Notes: generated by a model not told the origin, from the letters alone. A stretch of DNA of 64,000 nt from Candidatus Eiseniibacteriota bacterium (GCA_963823555.1 CAWGMA010000003.1:227614-291613); one strand, 5' to 3'; positions 48,011 through 58,120 are shown, numbered from the stretch's first letter. Program-made: numbers and translations.

Positions 48011-49539
48011 CCCCGGTCCGACCGCCGCGATGGGTCGCCCTGCGGGGGGGCGCCTTCCTTGGCGCCATCGTTCTCTCCTTGACCATGACCGCCGCGGTCC
48101 CGGCCCAGCACGAAGAGGAGGAACCAGAGGCCGGCGCGGATCGGCGGCAATCCGAGCTCGTGCGAGAGATCGAGAAGCTCGCGTCTCCGCCCATCACGTG
48201 GCGGGTCCCAGCCGTGGGCCGCGAGGTGGAGCGGCTCGTCTTCGACAACGGACTCACGATCTTCCTCTATCCCGAGTCGAGCGTGCCGCGGGTCGGGATC
48301 ATCATCCGGCTCAAGGATGGGGTCTTCTTCGAAGAGGCGAACGAGGAGCGCGAGTCGGCCATGCTCGCTCAGCTCATCCAGATCGGTGGCGCGGAGAACC
48401 GCTCGAGCGACGAGGTGGATGCTCTCCTCGATCGCATCGCCGCCCGCATGAGCATCTGGAGCGATGTCGAGAGCGCGGGCGGCACGCTCCGCTGCCTTCC
48501 CGAGGATGCGCCGGAGGCGATCGCGCTGCTATCCGACCTTCTCCTCCGTCCAGCTCTGCCCGACGAGAAGCTCGCTCTCGTGAAGAAGTCCGAGCGTGCC
48601 TCGATCCTCCGCCAGAAGGACCATCCGGGTTGGGTCTCGAGCACCCTCTTCGAGCATCAGCTGTATGGCGACCATCCCCTGGGACGGATCCTCCGGCTCT
48701 CGGCCGTGGAGGGGGTCACGCGTGACGATCTTGCTTCCCGCCATGATCGCTTCTACGTGCCGGAGCGGACGCTCATCGGGCTGGCCGGTGACTTCGCTCG
48801 GGATCCCGTGCTCGAGCTCCTGCATCGCGCCTTCGGCGACTGGCCGCGTGGTTCGGGCGAGCTCGCAGCCCCCCCGCCGGTGGATCGCGCGGCGACCGCG
48901 CCGGCGAGGATCTACCTTTTCCAGAAGGACATCCCGCAGACCACGATCCGGATCGGACATCTCGGCGTCGAGCGCGGGCATCCCGATGAGTTCGCGATCC
49001 GGGTCATGAACTTCATCCTCGGCGGACGGGGCTTCCGTTCCCGGCTCGGGGAGCGGGTGCGCAGCGATGAAGGGCTCGCCTATGCAGTGCGCAGCCGCTA
49101 CGAGCTCGACACACCCGATATCGGTCTCTTCGCGGCCTGGTGCGAGACCAAGGCGGCGAGCACTTACCGCGCCGTCGAGATCATGACCGACGAGATCCAG
49201 GGCATGCAGACCCGCCCGCCCGATGCGGCCGCCGTGGAGGAAGCCAAGGATTCGATCGCCCATTCCTATGTGCAGCGCTGGACCAATGCGGTGACCACGC
49301 TGGAGCAACTCATGGACCTCGAGCTTTCGGGGCGTGACCCGGGCTACTTCGATACCTATCTCGATCGCCTGCGCGCCGTGACCGCCGCCCAGGTGGAGCA
49401 CGCTGCCCGGGAGTACCTGCATCCCGACGACCTGGTCACGGTGCTCGTCGGCAATGCTCCGGCGATCGGCGACCCTCCGGGGGGAGAGCCGCTCATCCCC
49501 TTGAGCCTGCCCCCCGAGTACACGGGCGAAGCGCGCTGA
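48007..49539 (+). CDS. M16 family peptidase-like protein lacking HxxEH (non-catalytic partner)
   Basis: It has an ATGA overlap with the upstream M16 gene, M16 N/C domain-like length and a signal-like N-terminus. No HxxEH motif was seen. Confidence 0.7.
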   Translation: MTPVRPPRWVALRGGAFLGAIVLSLTMTAAVPAQHEEEEPEAGADRRQSELVREIEKLASPPITWRVPAVGREVERLVFDNGLTIFLYPESSVPRVGIIIRLKDGVFFEEANEERESAMLAQLIQIGGAENRSSDEVDALLDRIAARMSIWSDVESAGGTLRCLPEDAPEAIALLSDLLLRPALPDEKLALVKKSERASILRQKDHPGWVSSTLFEHQLYGDHPLGRILRLSAVEGVTRDDLASRHDRFYVPERTLIGLAGDFARDPVLELLHRAFGDWPRGSGELAAPPPVDRAATAPARIYLFQKDIPQTTIRIGHLGVERGHPDEFAIRVMNFILGGRGFRSRLGERVRSDEGLAYAVRSRYELDTPDIGLFAAWCETKAASTYRAVEIMTDEIQGMQTRPPDAAAVEEAKDSIAHSYVQRWTNAVTTLEQLMDLELSGRDPGYFDTYLDRLRAVTAAQVEHAAREYLHPDDLVTVLVGNAPAIGDPPGGEPLIPLSLPPEYTGEAR

Positions 49540-49540
49540 G

Positions 49541-52500
49541 ATGGTGATGCACCGCGATCGGGTGCAAGCCGAGCTGCCACTCCCCGACGATGCGACCGAT
49601 CCCGGTTCCCCGCCGGCATGGGTCACCGAGCCGGCGAGCGAGGAGGCCATCGCCACCGCGGTCGCCGACCTCGACGCCGACCAGCTGGCCGCGGTGATGC
49701 ACGGCGAGGGGCCGCTCCTGGTCGTCGCCGGCGCCGGTACCGGCAAGACGCGAGTGATCGCCCATCGCATCGCGTACCTGATCGCCGCCAAGAAGGCCCA
49801 CCCCGCCGAGATTCTCGCGCTCACGTTCACCGAGCGCGCCGCCGCCGAGATGGAGGCGCGGGTCGACCTGCTCGTGCCGTACGGCTACACCGACATGTGG
49901 ATCTCCACCTTCCATGCCTTCGGCGATCGCCTCTATCGCGAATATGCGCTCGAGCTCGGGCTGCCCGACACCGCCATCGTGCTGAACGAGCCCGAGCGCA
50001 TGGTCTTCTTCCGCGAGCGCCTCTTCCGCCTGCCGCTCCGGCGCCTCTTGCCGCTCGGGAATCCGGGCCGCCATCTGGCCGCGCTCATGCGCCTCATCGC
50101 TCGGGCCAAGGACGAAGCGGTGCTCCCGGAGGATTACCTGGTCTACGCCCGCAAGGAGCGCGCCGCGGTCGAGGCGGCGGTCGCCGCGGATCCGCAGGAT
50201 CCGGAGGCGCGGGCCCGGCTCGCCCAGGCCGAGCGCCAGCTCGAGATCGCCGAGGTCTACCGGGTCATGGACGAGGAGCTTCATGCGGCGAACCGCATCG
50301 ACTTCGGCGATCAGCTCCTGTTGGCGCTCCGCCTCCTCCGCGAACACGAGCATGTGCTGGCAGCGGTGCGCCGCCGCTTCCGCTACATCCTGGTCGATGA
50401 GTTCCAGGACACGAACGTGGTCCAGTTCGAGCTCCTGAAGCTCCTCGCCGGCGAGCGCCGCAACGTGACCGTGGTCGGCGACGACGACCAGTCGATCTAC
50501 AAGTTCCGGGGCGCCGCCTTGAGCAACATCCTGGGTTTCACGGCAGCCTATCCAGATCGCAAGCTCGTCGTGCTCACCCGCTCCTATCGTTCCGGGCAGA
50601 ACATCCTCGATGCGGCCTACCGGCTCATCCAGTACAACAACCCCGAGCGGCTCGAGGTGAAGGAGTCGATCGAGAAGCGCCTGCGCTCGATGGTCGACGC
50701 TCCCGGAACGATCGAGCAGCATCGCCATGACATCCTGGGGACGGAGGCGGATGCGGTGAAGGCCCGCATTGCCGAGCTGGTGGCCAGCGGCCGGTACGGC
50801 TACCGCGACATCGCGATCCTCGTCCGCTCGAATCGCGATGCCGAGCCGTTCCTGGCCGCTCTCGGCGCCGCCGGTATCCCGCACGAGTTCTCGGGCGCCC
50901 GCGGCCTGTTCCGGCGCGAGGAAGTGCGGACGGCGATCGATTTCATGCGCGCGGTGGCCCGACCGACCGAGTCCCAGAGCCTGTTCGCGCTCGCTGCCTC
51001 GGATGTCTACCGGGTGCCGATGCTCGATCTGACGACCCTCGCCGACCTCGCCCGGCTCAAGCGACGCCCCCTCGCCTGGGCGATGGCGCAGGCAGCGGCC
51101 GCCGGGGGCGCGGCGGTCGAGAGCGGTGTTGAAGGGTCTGAACCGCTGAGCGCGGAGGGAGTGGCTGCCATCGAGCGCCTCCACCGCGATCTCGCTCATT
51201 ACCGTGAGCGATCACGGCATCTGGCAACGGGGAGCCTCCTCTACGAGTTTCTCACCGACACCGGCTACCTCGCCGAGCTGACGGCCGCCGAGACCCTGGC
51301 TGCCGAGGACCAGGTCCGAAACCTCGCCCGCTTCTTCCATCAGGTCCAGCGCTACGAGGAGATCGCGGTCGCGGATCGCGTCCACTCCTTCGTGGATCAT
51401 CTCGAGCTCCTGATCGAAGCGGGAGAAGATCCGCAAGCGGTCGAGCCCGATCCCGATTTCGACGCGGTGCGCGTTCTCACCGTGCATCGGGCCAAGGGCC
51501 TCGAGTTCCGCGTCGTCTTCGTCGTCAATCTGGTGGATCAGAAGTTCCCGACCACCAGTCGGGGCGAGGCGCTCGAGATGCCGCTCGAGCTCTACCGGCA
51601 GAAGGTCGCCGGCGGGAATTTCCATCGCCAGGAAGAGCGCCGTCTCTTCTATGTGGCCATGACGCGGGCGCGGGAGCTCTTGATCCTGACGAGCGCGGCG
51701 GACCACGGCGGGCCGCGGCTCCGGAAGACCAGCTCCTTCGTGCTCGAGGCGCTCGACCTGCCGGCGGAGGCGGCGCAGGCGACCGGGGCGGCGGGGACGA
51801 TCGCCGTGCTCGGAAAGCACGCCGCGAACCCGGCACCCCCGCCCGCCCCCCCGCGGCTCGTGGGACCCGACGAGACGATCCGCCTCTCCTGGTCCCAGAT
51901 CGACACCTACCGCGAATGTCCGCTCCGTTATCGCTATGGCTACATCCTCAAGGCGCCGGCGATCGCTCACCACAGCCAGAATTTCGGCAAGGCGGTGCAC
52001 GCGGCGATCGCCGAGTTCCTCAAGGGGAAGATGCGCGGCGATCCGCCACCGCTGCCCGCGGTGCTGGATGTCCTCAGGAAGAACTGGCGCAGCGAGGGCT
52101 TCTTGAGTCGCGAGCACGAGGAACGGCGGTTGGCAGCAGGAATCCGCGCGATCGAGCGCTTCCACGCCGAGGAGGCCACGTCGACCACGATACCAGCCCA
52201 GGTCGAGAAGCCGTTTTCCATCGTCCGGGGCAAGGTGCAGGTGGAGGGGCGTTTCGATCGCGTGGATCTCGATCCGGACGGCGCGACGATCATCGACTAC
52301 AAGACCTCTCAGGTCGAGGATGCCGCGGAAGCGGCGGAGCGAGCACGGAAGAGCGACCAGCTCCGGCTCTACGCCCTCGCCTATGCGGCCCAGGCCGGGA
52401 TCGAGCCGCGGGCGGTCGAGCTGCGTTTCGTCGAGTCGGGGTGCCGGGGCCGGGTTGCGCCGAGCGCCGAGGATCTCTCGAGGGCGGAGGATCTCGTCGC

Positions 52501-52606
52501 GAAGACCGAGGATGGGCTGCGCCGCGGCGATTTCACGGCTCGTCCCTCCCTCCGCACCTGCGACCGCTGCGATTTCAGGCGGATCTGTCCCCAGGCGGTC
52601 TGGTAG
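49541..52606 (+). CDS. UvrD/PcrA-type helicase fused to Cas4/AddB-type PD-(D/E)XK nuclease with Fe-S cysteines
   Basis: Helicase motifs are AGAGTGKT, ILVDEFQDTN, VGDDDQSIYKFRGA, TVHRAKGLEF and YVAMTRARE. The C-terminal nuclease part has ECPLRY...GRFDRVDL...IIDYKT...QLRLYAL...CDRCDFRRIC (a C...CxxCx5C pattern). Confidence 0.8.
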   Translation: MVMHRDRVQAELPLPDDATDPGSPPAWVTEPASEEAIATAVADLDADQLAAVMHGEGPLLVVAGAGTGKTRVIAHRIAYLIAAKKAHPAEILALTFTERAAAEMEARVDLLVPYGYTDMWISTFHAFGDRLYREYALELGLPDTAIVLNEPERMVFFRERLFRLPLRRLLPLGNPGRHLAALMRLIARAKDEAVLPEDYLVYARKERAAVEAAVAADPQDPEARARLAQAERQLEIAEVYRVMDEELHAANRIDFGDQLLLALRLLREHEHVLAAVRRRFRYILVDEFQDTNVVQFELLKLLAGERRNVTVVGDDDQSIYKFRGAALSNILGFTAAYPDRKLVVLTRSYRSGQNILDAAYRLIQYNNPERLEVKESIEKRLRSMVDAPGTIEQHRHDILGTEADAVKARIAELVASGRYGYRDIAILVRSNRDAEPFLAALGAAGIPHEFSGARGLFRREEVRTAIDFMRAVARPTESQSLFALAASDVYRVPMLDLTTLADLARLKRRPLAWAMAQAAAAGGAAVESGVEGSEPLSAEGVAAIERLHRDLAHYRERSRHLATGSLLYEFLTDTGYLAELTAAETLAAEDQVRNLARFFHQVQRYEEIAVADRVHSFVDHLELLIEAGEDPQAVEPDPDFDAVRVLTVHRAKGLEFRVVFVVNLVDQKFPTTSRGEALEMPLELYRQKVAGGNFHRQEERRLFYVAMTRARELLILTSAADHGGPRLRKTSSFVLEALDLPAEAAQATGAAGTIAVLGKHAANPAPPPAPPRLVGPDETIRLSWSQIDTYRECPLRYRYGYILKAPAIAHHSQNFGKAVHAAIAEFLKGKMRGDPPPLPAVLDVLRKNWRSEGFLSREHEERRLAAGIRAIERFHAEEATSTTIPAQVEKPFSIVRGKVQVEGRFDRVDLDPDGATIIDYKTSQVEDAAEAAERARKSDQLRLYALAYAAQAGIEPRAVELRFVESGCRGRVAPSAEDLSRAEDLVAKTEDGLRRGDFTARPSLRTCDRCDFRRICPQAVW

Positions 52607-52617
52607 AAGGGCGGGGT

Positions 52618-54174
52618 ATGTCGCGCATCGTCCGCAACACCTCGGCAGTCGCCGCCGCCTTTGCCACCAACACGCTTCTCTCTTTCCTCCAGATCAAGCT
52701 CCTCACGCGCTACTTCACCCAGGCAGCACTGGGGGAGTACTCGGCGACATTCGCCATCGGAGCCATCGTCTCGGTGCTGGCGGCCGTGGGTCTGCCCACG
52801 GTCGTCCTGCGCTACACGGCGAAGTACGATGCGCTGGGCGAAGTGGGCCGGATCCGGCGCTTGCTCGCCCTGGCCTGGAGCCTCGTCGGCATCCTCGCCG
52901 TGATCCTGCTCCTCGTCGTGGCGCATGTCGCGCCATCGATCCTCGCGCGTCTCTACACCGTGCCACCGGCCGTGACCAACGTGCTTCTGGCCACTGCGGT
53001 CTTCGTCGCCACCGCGCTCCGCCAGGTGACCTACGCCGGTTTCGATGGGCTCCGCCGCATGAGTTACCCGGCCGTGCTCGAGAACCTGAACGTGGGAGCG
53101 ATCACGCTCGGCATCCTCGTCCTCCGCGAACGGCTCACCGTCCCCCTCCTGCTCTCGATGAGCCTCATCTCGGGTCTCGTCGTCGCCGCGATCGCCATCG
53201 GACTCTTGCTGCGCGTGCTGCGCCAGCCGCCAGCCACGGGAACGGAGCGGAGGGCGCGCGACCTGCCGCCACTCCTCGCCGATATCACCCCCTTCTGGTG
53301 GGGGGCGGCGATCAACGGCATCATCGGCATCGGCTTCGGCTATGCGGACAAGCTCCTGGTGAGTCTCTTCCTCTCCTTCGAGCTGGTCTCCATCTTCTTC
53401 GTCGCCGAGCGCATCACCTTCCTTCTGAAGCGTCTGCTGGCGGTGCCGCTGCAGGTCGCCGCCCCCGAGATCACCCGGCGCTGGGAACTGGGCCGCCGCG
53501 AGGAGCTCAGGTACGACGTCGGCTTCCTGATCAAGGTCCAGCTCGCCGTGGCCATGCTGTTCGCCGTGCTCGTCCTGGCGGCGGCCGAGGTGGCAGTGCT
53601 CGTGGTCGCGAACCCCACGTTCCTGGCGGCCGCTGATCTCCTCCGCGTGCTCACGATCTCAGTCGTGCTCATGGCGGCCTATGCTCCGATCACGACTCTC
53701 CTGCGCGCCATCGACCGTATCGGGCTCGCCCTCACCTCGGACGTGATCTGGCTGGCGACCTACGTCGGACTGGGCATGTTCCTGATGCCCCGGCTCGGCC
53801 TCCGGGGCATCGTCATCGCGCACCTCGCCGCCTCGACGCTGGCCGCCATATGGAATGTCCTGGCCGGGGATCGGGTGGCCGCCATCGCCTGGGATCACGC
53901 CGGTCTCGCGCGCGTGCTCGTGATCGGCGCCGCGATCGGCCTCGGCGGTTACGTGGCAGCCATTCGTCTGGCTCAAGGCCGTCCGCTCGTCGAGCTGGGT
54001 CTGGCTGTTCTCGTTCTCGTCACCTACAACCTGCTCCTGCCGCTCACAGGAGCGCTCCGCGCCGATGATCGACTGCGCTTCATGCAGCTTGCCGGCCCCG
54101 GCCGGCTCGGCGCGATGCTCGACCGGCTCCTGTTCTGGCCCCTGCGCCTCTTCCAGCGGAGCGAGCCGCGTTGA
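52618..54174 (+). CDS. MOP-superfamily (Wzx/polysaccharide biosynthesis type) flippase
   Basis: Trimmed to MSRIVRNTSAVAAAFATNTLLSFLQIKLLTRYF. It is a polytopic protein of about 518 aa with the usual N-terminal flippase signature. Confidence 0.65.
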   Translation: MSRIVRNTSAVAAAFATNTLLSFLQIKLLTRYFTQAALGEYSATFAIGAIVSVLAAVGLPTVVLRYTAKYDALGEVGRIRRLLALAWSLVGILAVILLLVVAHVAPSILARLYTVPPAVTNVLLATAVFVATALRQVTYAGFDGLRRMSYPAVLENLNVGAITLGILVLRERLTVPLLLSMSLISGLVVAAIAIGLLLRVLRQPPATGTERRARDLPPLLADITPFWWGAAINGIIGIGFGYADKLLVSLFLSFELVSIFFVAERITFLLKRLLAVPLQVAAPEITRRWELGRREELRYDVGFLIKVQLAVAMLFAVLVLAAAEVAVLVVANPTFLAAADLLRVLTISVVLMAAYAPITTLLRAIDRIGLALTSDVIWLATYVGLGMFLMPRLGLRGIVIAHLAASTLAAIWNVLAGDRVAAIAWDHAGLARVLVIGAAIGLGGYVAAIRLAQGRPLVELGLAVLVLVTYNLLLPLTGALRADDRLRFMQLAGPGRLGAMLDRLLFWPLRLFQRSEPR

Positions 54175-54208
54175 CCCTCGTCCAGACCGCATGCTAGCTT
54201 GCCCGCCC

Positions 54209-54952
54209 ATGACGGCCATGATCGAGGTGCGTGACCTCACCAAGACCTTCGACGGAGGAAAGTCGGGGCCAGTGCATGCGGTCGAGCAGTTCTCGTTCGC
54301 CGTGGACGGCGGAGAGGTCTTCGGTCTCCTGGGCCTGAACGGCGCCGGCAAGACGACCACCCTGCGCATGCTCGCCACCGTACTCAAACCGACCTCGGGA
54401 TCGGCCTCCATCGCCGGATACGACATCGCCAGCCAAGGCGACGAGGTGCGGGGAGCCATCGGTTTCCTCTCCGGCGACACCCGTCTCTATGACCGGTTGA
54501 CCGCCCGCGAGATCCTCGTCTATTTCGGACAGCTCGAGGGTCTGAGCGCGGCCGAGGCCGGTCGCAGGTCGGGAGTGCTCATCGATCGGTTCGCCCTCCG
54601 CTCCTTTGCCGACCGGCGGGTCGGCCGGCTCTCGACCGGGCTCAAGCAGCGGGTCAACCTGGCGCGCGCGCTCATCCACGATCCGCCGGTGCTCATCCTC
54701 GACGAACCGACCGCCGGCCTCGACGTGCTGGGCGCCCGTGAAGTGGGTCACCTGATCCGCGAGATGCGGGGTGATGGGCGCTGCGTTCTCTTCTCGACGC
54801 ACGTCATGCACGAAGCGGCCCGGCTCTGCGATCACGTCGCGGTCATCCACCGCGGGCGTCTGCTTGCCCATGGCACTCCGCACGAGCTCACGATCGGATA
54901 CGAGGATCTGGAGGCGGCCTTTGCCGCCGCCGTCGCCGAGGTGGACGGGTAG
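54209..54952 (+). CDS. ABC transporter ATP-binding protein (NatA-like)
   Basis: Contains MTAMIEVRDLTKTF, GLNGAGKTTTLRML, LSTGLKQRVNLA and LILDEPTAGLD. Alternative ATGs are at 54191 and 54218. Confidence 0.8.
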   Translation: MTAMIEVRDLTKTFDGGKSGPVHAVEQFSFAVDGGEVFGLLGLNGAGKTTTLRMLATVLKPTSGSASIAGYDIASQGDEVRGAIGFLSGDTRLYDRLTAREILVYFGQLEGLSAAEAGRRSGVLIDRFALRSFADRRVGRLSTGLKQRVNLARALIHDPPVLILDEPTAGLDVLGAREVGHLIREMRGDGRCVLFSTHVMHEAARLCDHVAVIHRGRLLAHGTPHELTIGYEDLEAAFAAAVAEVDG

Positions 54953-55038
54953 GCGAGGAACCCGGCCAGATGCTATCCTGGGCCCGCAGTATGGTCCGAT
55001 GCGAAGTGCTCGCTCGATCCTGAGAGAACAGAGGAACC

Positions 55039-56220
55039 GTGCGTCGAACCTGGATCGTTGCTCGCAAGGAGCTCCTCGATACGATTCGCGATTCGCGGAC
55101 GTTGTTGCTCGCCTTTGTCCTGCCCCTGGTCCTCTATCCGATCGTCTTCATCACCATCGGGCAGGTGTCCCGGGCCAACGAGGCCCGCACCAGCGAACGG
55201 AGCCTCAGGGTCGCCATCGCCGGAGCCGAGCACGCCCCGCACCTCGCCGCCACGCTGTCGGGATGGAAGCAGATCGAGATCGTTCCGGTCGATCTCGGGC
55301 CGACGGCGGTCAAGAAAGGATTCATCGAGGCGCTGATCATCGTGCCGCCGGCCTACGAGCAGGCCGTCGTCGTCGGCGCGCCATCGACGCTCCGCATCTT
55401 CTACGACGAGACGAGCACCCTCTCCCGCCGGGCCCGGAGCCAGGTCGAGGAGGGGTTGGGACGATATCGGGAGCAGATCCTGCGCGCCGAGCTCGGCCGG
55501 CTGGGGGGGGCGGGGGGAGAGGTCGATGCGGCCCGCATCCGTTCCGAGAACGTGGCCACCGCCCAGGAAATGGGGTCCTATCTTCTCGGTACGCTCGTCC
55601 CCTACATCCTGGTGCTTCTCATCGCCTCCGCCGCCTCGCATACGGCCATCGACACCACGGCTGGGGAGAAGGAGCGCAGCACCCTCGAAACCGTCCTGGT
55701 GAGCGCCGCCTCGCGGTCTCAGCTGCTCCTTGGCAAGTTCTTCGCCACTTCGCTGATGGCCACGGCGGCCGGGGTGATGGGTCTCACCGGGCTCACCCTG
55801 ACCCTGTCCCTGCCGCTCACCGCGCAATCGCTCGCCGATGGCCAGATCGTTCTGCCGCTGTGGGCGATCGGTGTCCTCCTCGTCATGATCTTGCCGGTCG
55901 CCTTCCTCATGAGCGCGACCTTGCTCGCCTTCGGCTGCTTCGCGCGCAGCACGCGCGAAGGGCAGACCTTCGCCACTTACTTCATCATGTGTGTCGCGGT
56001 GCTCGCGGTGCTCTCGGTGGCCAGTGAAGCCGAGCCCACGACTCAGGGGTTCCTTCTGCCCATCGTGGGCACGACTCAGGTGCAGCGCCAGATCCTGGCC
56101 GGGGGCGCCGAACCGACGCATATTCTGCTCGCGATCGCCAGCACCCTGTTCATCGGGCTCCTGGGGCTGGTGGTCGCGCTCAGGTTGTTCGCCAACGAAC
56201 GGGTCATGTTCCGCCAGTGA
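55039..56220 (+). CDS. ABC-2 type permease (NatB-like)
   Basis: GTG start. The N-terminal TM is followed by a large extracytoplasmic loop and then 5 C-terminal TMs. It begins ARKELLDTIRD. Confidence 0.7.
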   Translation: MRRTWIVARKELLDTIRDSRTLLLAFVLPLVLYPIVFITIGQVSRANEARTSERSLRVAIAGAEHAPHLAATLSGWKQIEIVPVDLGPTAVKKGFIEALIIVPPAYEQAVVVGAPSTLRIFYDETSTLSRRARSQVEEGLGRYREQILRAELGRLGGAGGEVDAARIRSENVATAQEMGSYLLGTLVPYILVLLIASAASHTAIDTTAGEKERSTLETVLVSAASRSQLLLGKFFATSLMATAAGVMGLTGLTLTLSLPLTAQSLADGQIVLPLWAIGVLLVMILPVAFLMSATLLAFGCFARSTREGQTFATYFIMCVAVLAVLSVASEAEPTTQGFLLPIVGTTQVQRQILAGGAEPTHILLAIASTLFIGLLGLVVALRLFANERVMFRQ

Positions 56221-56232
56221 TAGGAGCAACCG

Positions 56233-56715
56233 ATGTTGCGGAACTCACCGCGAAGTGAGGTTCCCCGCCGGCTGGCCATCAGCATGGCGGTCGCGATCGG
56301 GGTCGCTGCCTGCAACCCCGCCGCCGAGATCTCCGCTCCCGTCATGACGCTCGCCGACATCGAGGTGCGAGCGTTCTCCGGAGGGACGGTCAACCTCAGC
56401 CTGGTTCTCACCGTCGACAATCAGAACAGCTTCGAGATCACTCTGGTCGAGATCGCCGGAGCTCTGACCCTCGACGAGGTTTCGGTCGGGGAGGTGCGCT
56501 GGTCCGGAGAGATCAAGTGTCCGAAGCAGGACACGACGACCGTTCGCATCCCCGTCCACCTGGTGGTGGGAGAAGGAAGCGACGTCTTCCGGGACCTCAT
56601 CGATCAGCGCCCCATGGTCCAGACCTTGCGTGGCGAAGCCACCATCGCTCGCGGCGTCATCACCCGTTCCTTTGCGATCAACCTGAGTCGCGACTCGGGT
56701 CGCGAAGGGAGGTGA
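56233..56715 (+). CDS. LEA_2 (late embryogenesis abundant type 2 / NDR1-HIN1-like) lipoprotein
   Basis: The lipobox is AIGVAAC. It also contains VNLSLVLTVDNQNSFEITLVEIAGALTLDEVSVG. Confidence 0.55.
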   Translation: MLRNSPRSEVPRRLAISMAVAIGVAACNPAAEISAPVMTLADIEVRAFSGGTVNLSLVLTVDNQNSFEITLVEIAGALTLDEVSVGEVRWSGEIKCPKQDTTTVRIPVHLVVGEGSDVFRDLIDQRPMVQTLRGEATIARGVITRSFAINLSRDSGREGR

Positions 56716-56769
56716 CCTCCGATCTACGAAGTCAGGCAGGAACGCAACCGGCGCGAACGGGCGCTGCTC

Positions 56770-57855
56770 GTGGGTATTGCGGAAGGCGGACTGCACGGCG
56801 GGTGGAAGGAGTCGCTCGAAGAGCTGGCGGAACTGGCCGGCACCGCCGGGGCCCGGGTGGTCGAGACCGTCATCCAGCCCCACGGCCGCATGAATCCCGC
56901 GACCTTCGTCACGCGCGGCAAGGTCGATGAGATCAGGTCCAAGGCCGCCCAAGCCAGTGCCGACATCGTCGTGTTCGATCACGATCTGACGCCGGCCCAG
57001 CTCCGCAATCTGGAGAAGGCGACCGGGCGCAAGATCATCGATCGTTCCGAGATCATCCTCGACATCTTCGCCTCCCGGGCGCGGACGCGGGAGGCGCGTA
57101 TTCAGGTCGAGCTGGCCCAGCTCCAGTACACCTTGCCGCGACTGACCCGGATGTGGCAGCACCTGTCGCGCACCGGCGGGGGCATCGGCACGCGCGGTCC
57201 CGGCGAGACTCAGCTCGAAGTCGATCGCCGGCGGGTGCGCGAGAAGATCGCGCTCCTCAAGCGCAAGCTGGCCGACATCCAGAAGGAACGCACTGTCCAG
57301 CGGCGCCGGCGCCGCAGTGTCTTTCGAGTGGCGCTCGTCGGCTATACCAATGCCGGCAAGTCGACTCTCTTCAACCTGCTCACCCGATCCCAGGTGTTCA
57401 CCGAGAACCGGCTGTTCGCCACCCTCGATGCGACCACCCGCCAGCTGGTGCTGCCGGGCCGGCATCTTGTCCTCCTCTCGGATACCGTCGGCTTCATCCG
57501 CAATCTGCCTCATCATCTGATCGCATCCTTCCGCGCGACGCTGGAAGAAGTCACTGAAGCCGACCTGCTCGTCCATGTCGTGGATGCCACCAGCGCCTAC
57601 GTCATGCAGCACATCGCGGCGGTGCACACGGTTCTCGAGGAGCTCGGTTGCATGGCCAAGCCGCGAATCCTGGTCTTCAACAAGATCGACCTGATGCCGG
57701 CGGACGACATCCGGCTGATGGGGCTCAGGGCCTCGCACCCCCTGAGCCTGGCGGTCTCGAGCACCACCCGCGAGAACGTGGATGAGCTCATCCGGAACCT
57801 GCTCGCCGGGCACGCCCAGCACTGGACACGCCACGGTCCAGGCGGGGAGGAATAG
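56770..57855 (+). CDS. hflX: GTPase HflX
   Basis: The HflX N-domain reads TFVTRGKVDEI...DHDLTPAQLRNLEK...IILDIFASRA and LAQLQYTLPRL. The G domain has GYTNAGKSTLFN, DTVGF and FNKID. The GTG start is uncertain: an in-frame stop lies only 19 codons upstream, and the conserved ERALLVGI begins before the GTG. Confidence 0.8.
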   Translation: MGIAEGGLHGGWKESLEELAELAGTAGARVVETVIQPHGRMNPATFVTRGKVDEIRSKAAQASADIVVFDHDLTPAQLRNLEKATGRKIIDRSEIILDIFASRARTREARIQVELAQLQYTLPRLTRMWQHLSRTGGGIGTRGPGETQLEVDRRRVREKIALLKRKLADIQKERTVQRRRRRSVFRVALVGYTNAGKSTLFNLLTRSQVFTENRLFATLDATTRQLVLPGRHLVLLSDTVGFIRNLPHHLIASFRATLEEVTEADLLVHVVDATSAYVMQHIAAVHTVLEELGCMAKPRILVFNKIDLMPADDIRLMGLRASHPLSLAVSSTTRENVDELIRNLLAGHAQHWTRHGPGGEE

Positions 57856-58052
57856 CCGGAGCCCGGGAATTTCCCGGTTCATTCTCCCGCCAGGGGTGAT
57901 TTGTCGCATGAGGACGCGCCTTTTCGCTTGCTCGAGTCGAATCCGGACTGGTAGCATCACGCCACGCGCGCCCTGGACATGCACCTCTTCGCGTTGCCAG
58001 GACGCCGGCGACTGTCTCGCGGACGTGCCCCGAATCCAACGATCCGCGACGC

Positions 58053-58084
58053 GAGGGCCTCTGCTCGCAAGAGCAGGGGCCCTC
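58053..58084 (+). terminator. 14-bp GC stem with GCAA tetraloop
   Basis: GAGGGCCTCTGCTC-GCAA-GAGCAGGGGCCCTC (one G-U pair) followed by TTCAAT. It lies about 200 nt after the hflX stop. Confidence 0.4.
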
Positions 58085-58120
58085 TTCAATGCATGGCGGG
58101 CTCTTTCCTCCCCGTCAAGA

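Noticed and set aside
51916-54174. 752-aa version of the flippase ORF
   Set aside because: The N-terminal 234 codons overlap the helicase-nuclease gene out of frame and are R/G-rich. The membrane protein begins at the ATG 52618 (MSRIVRNTS).
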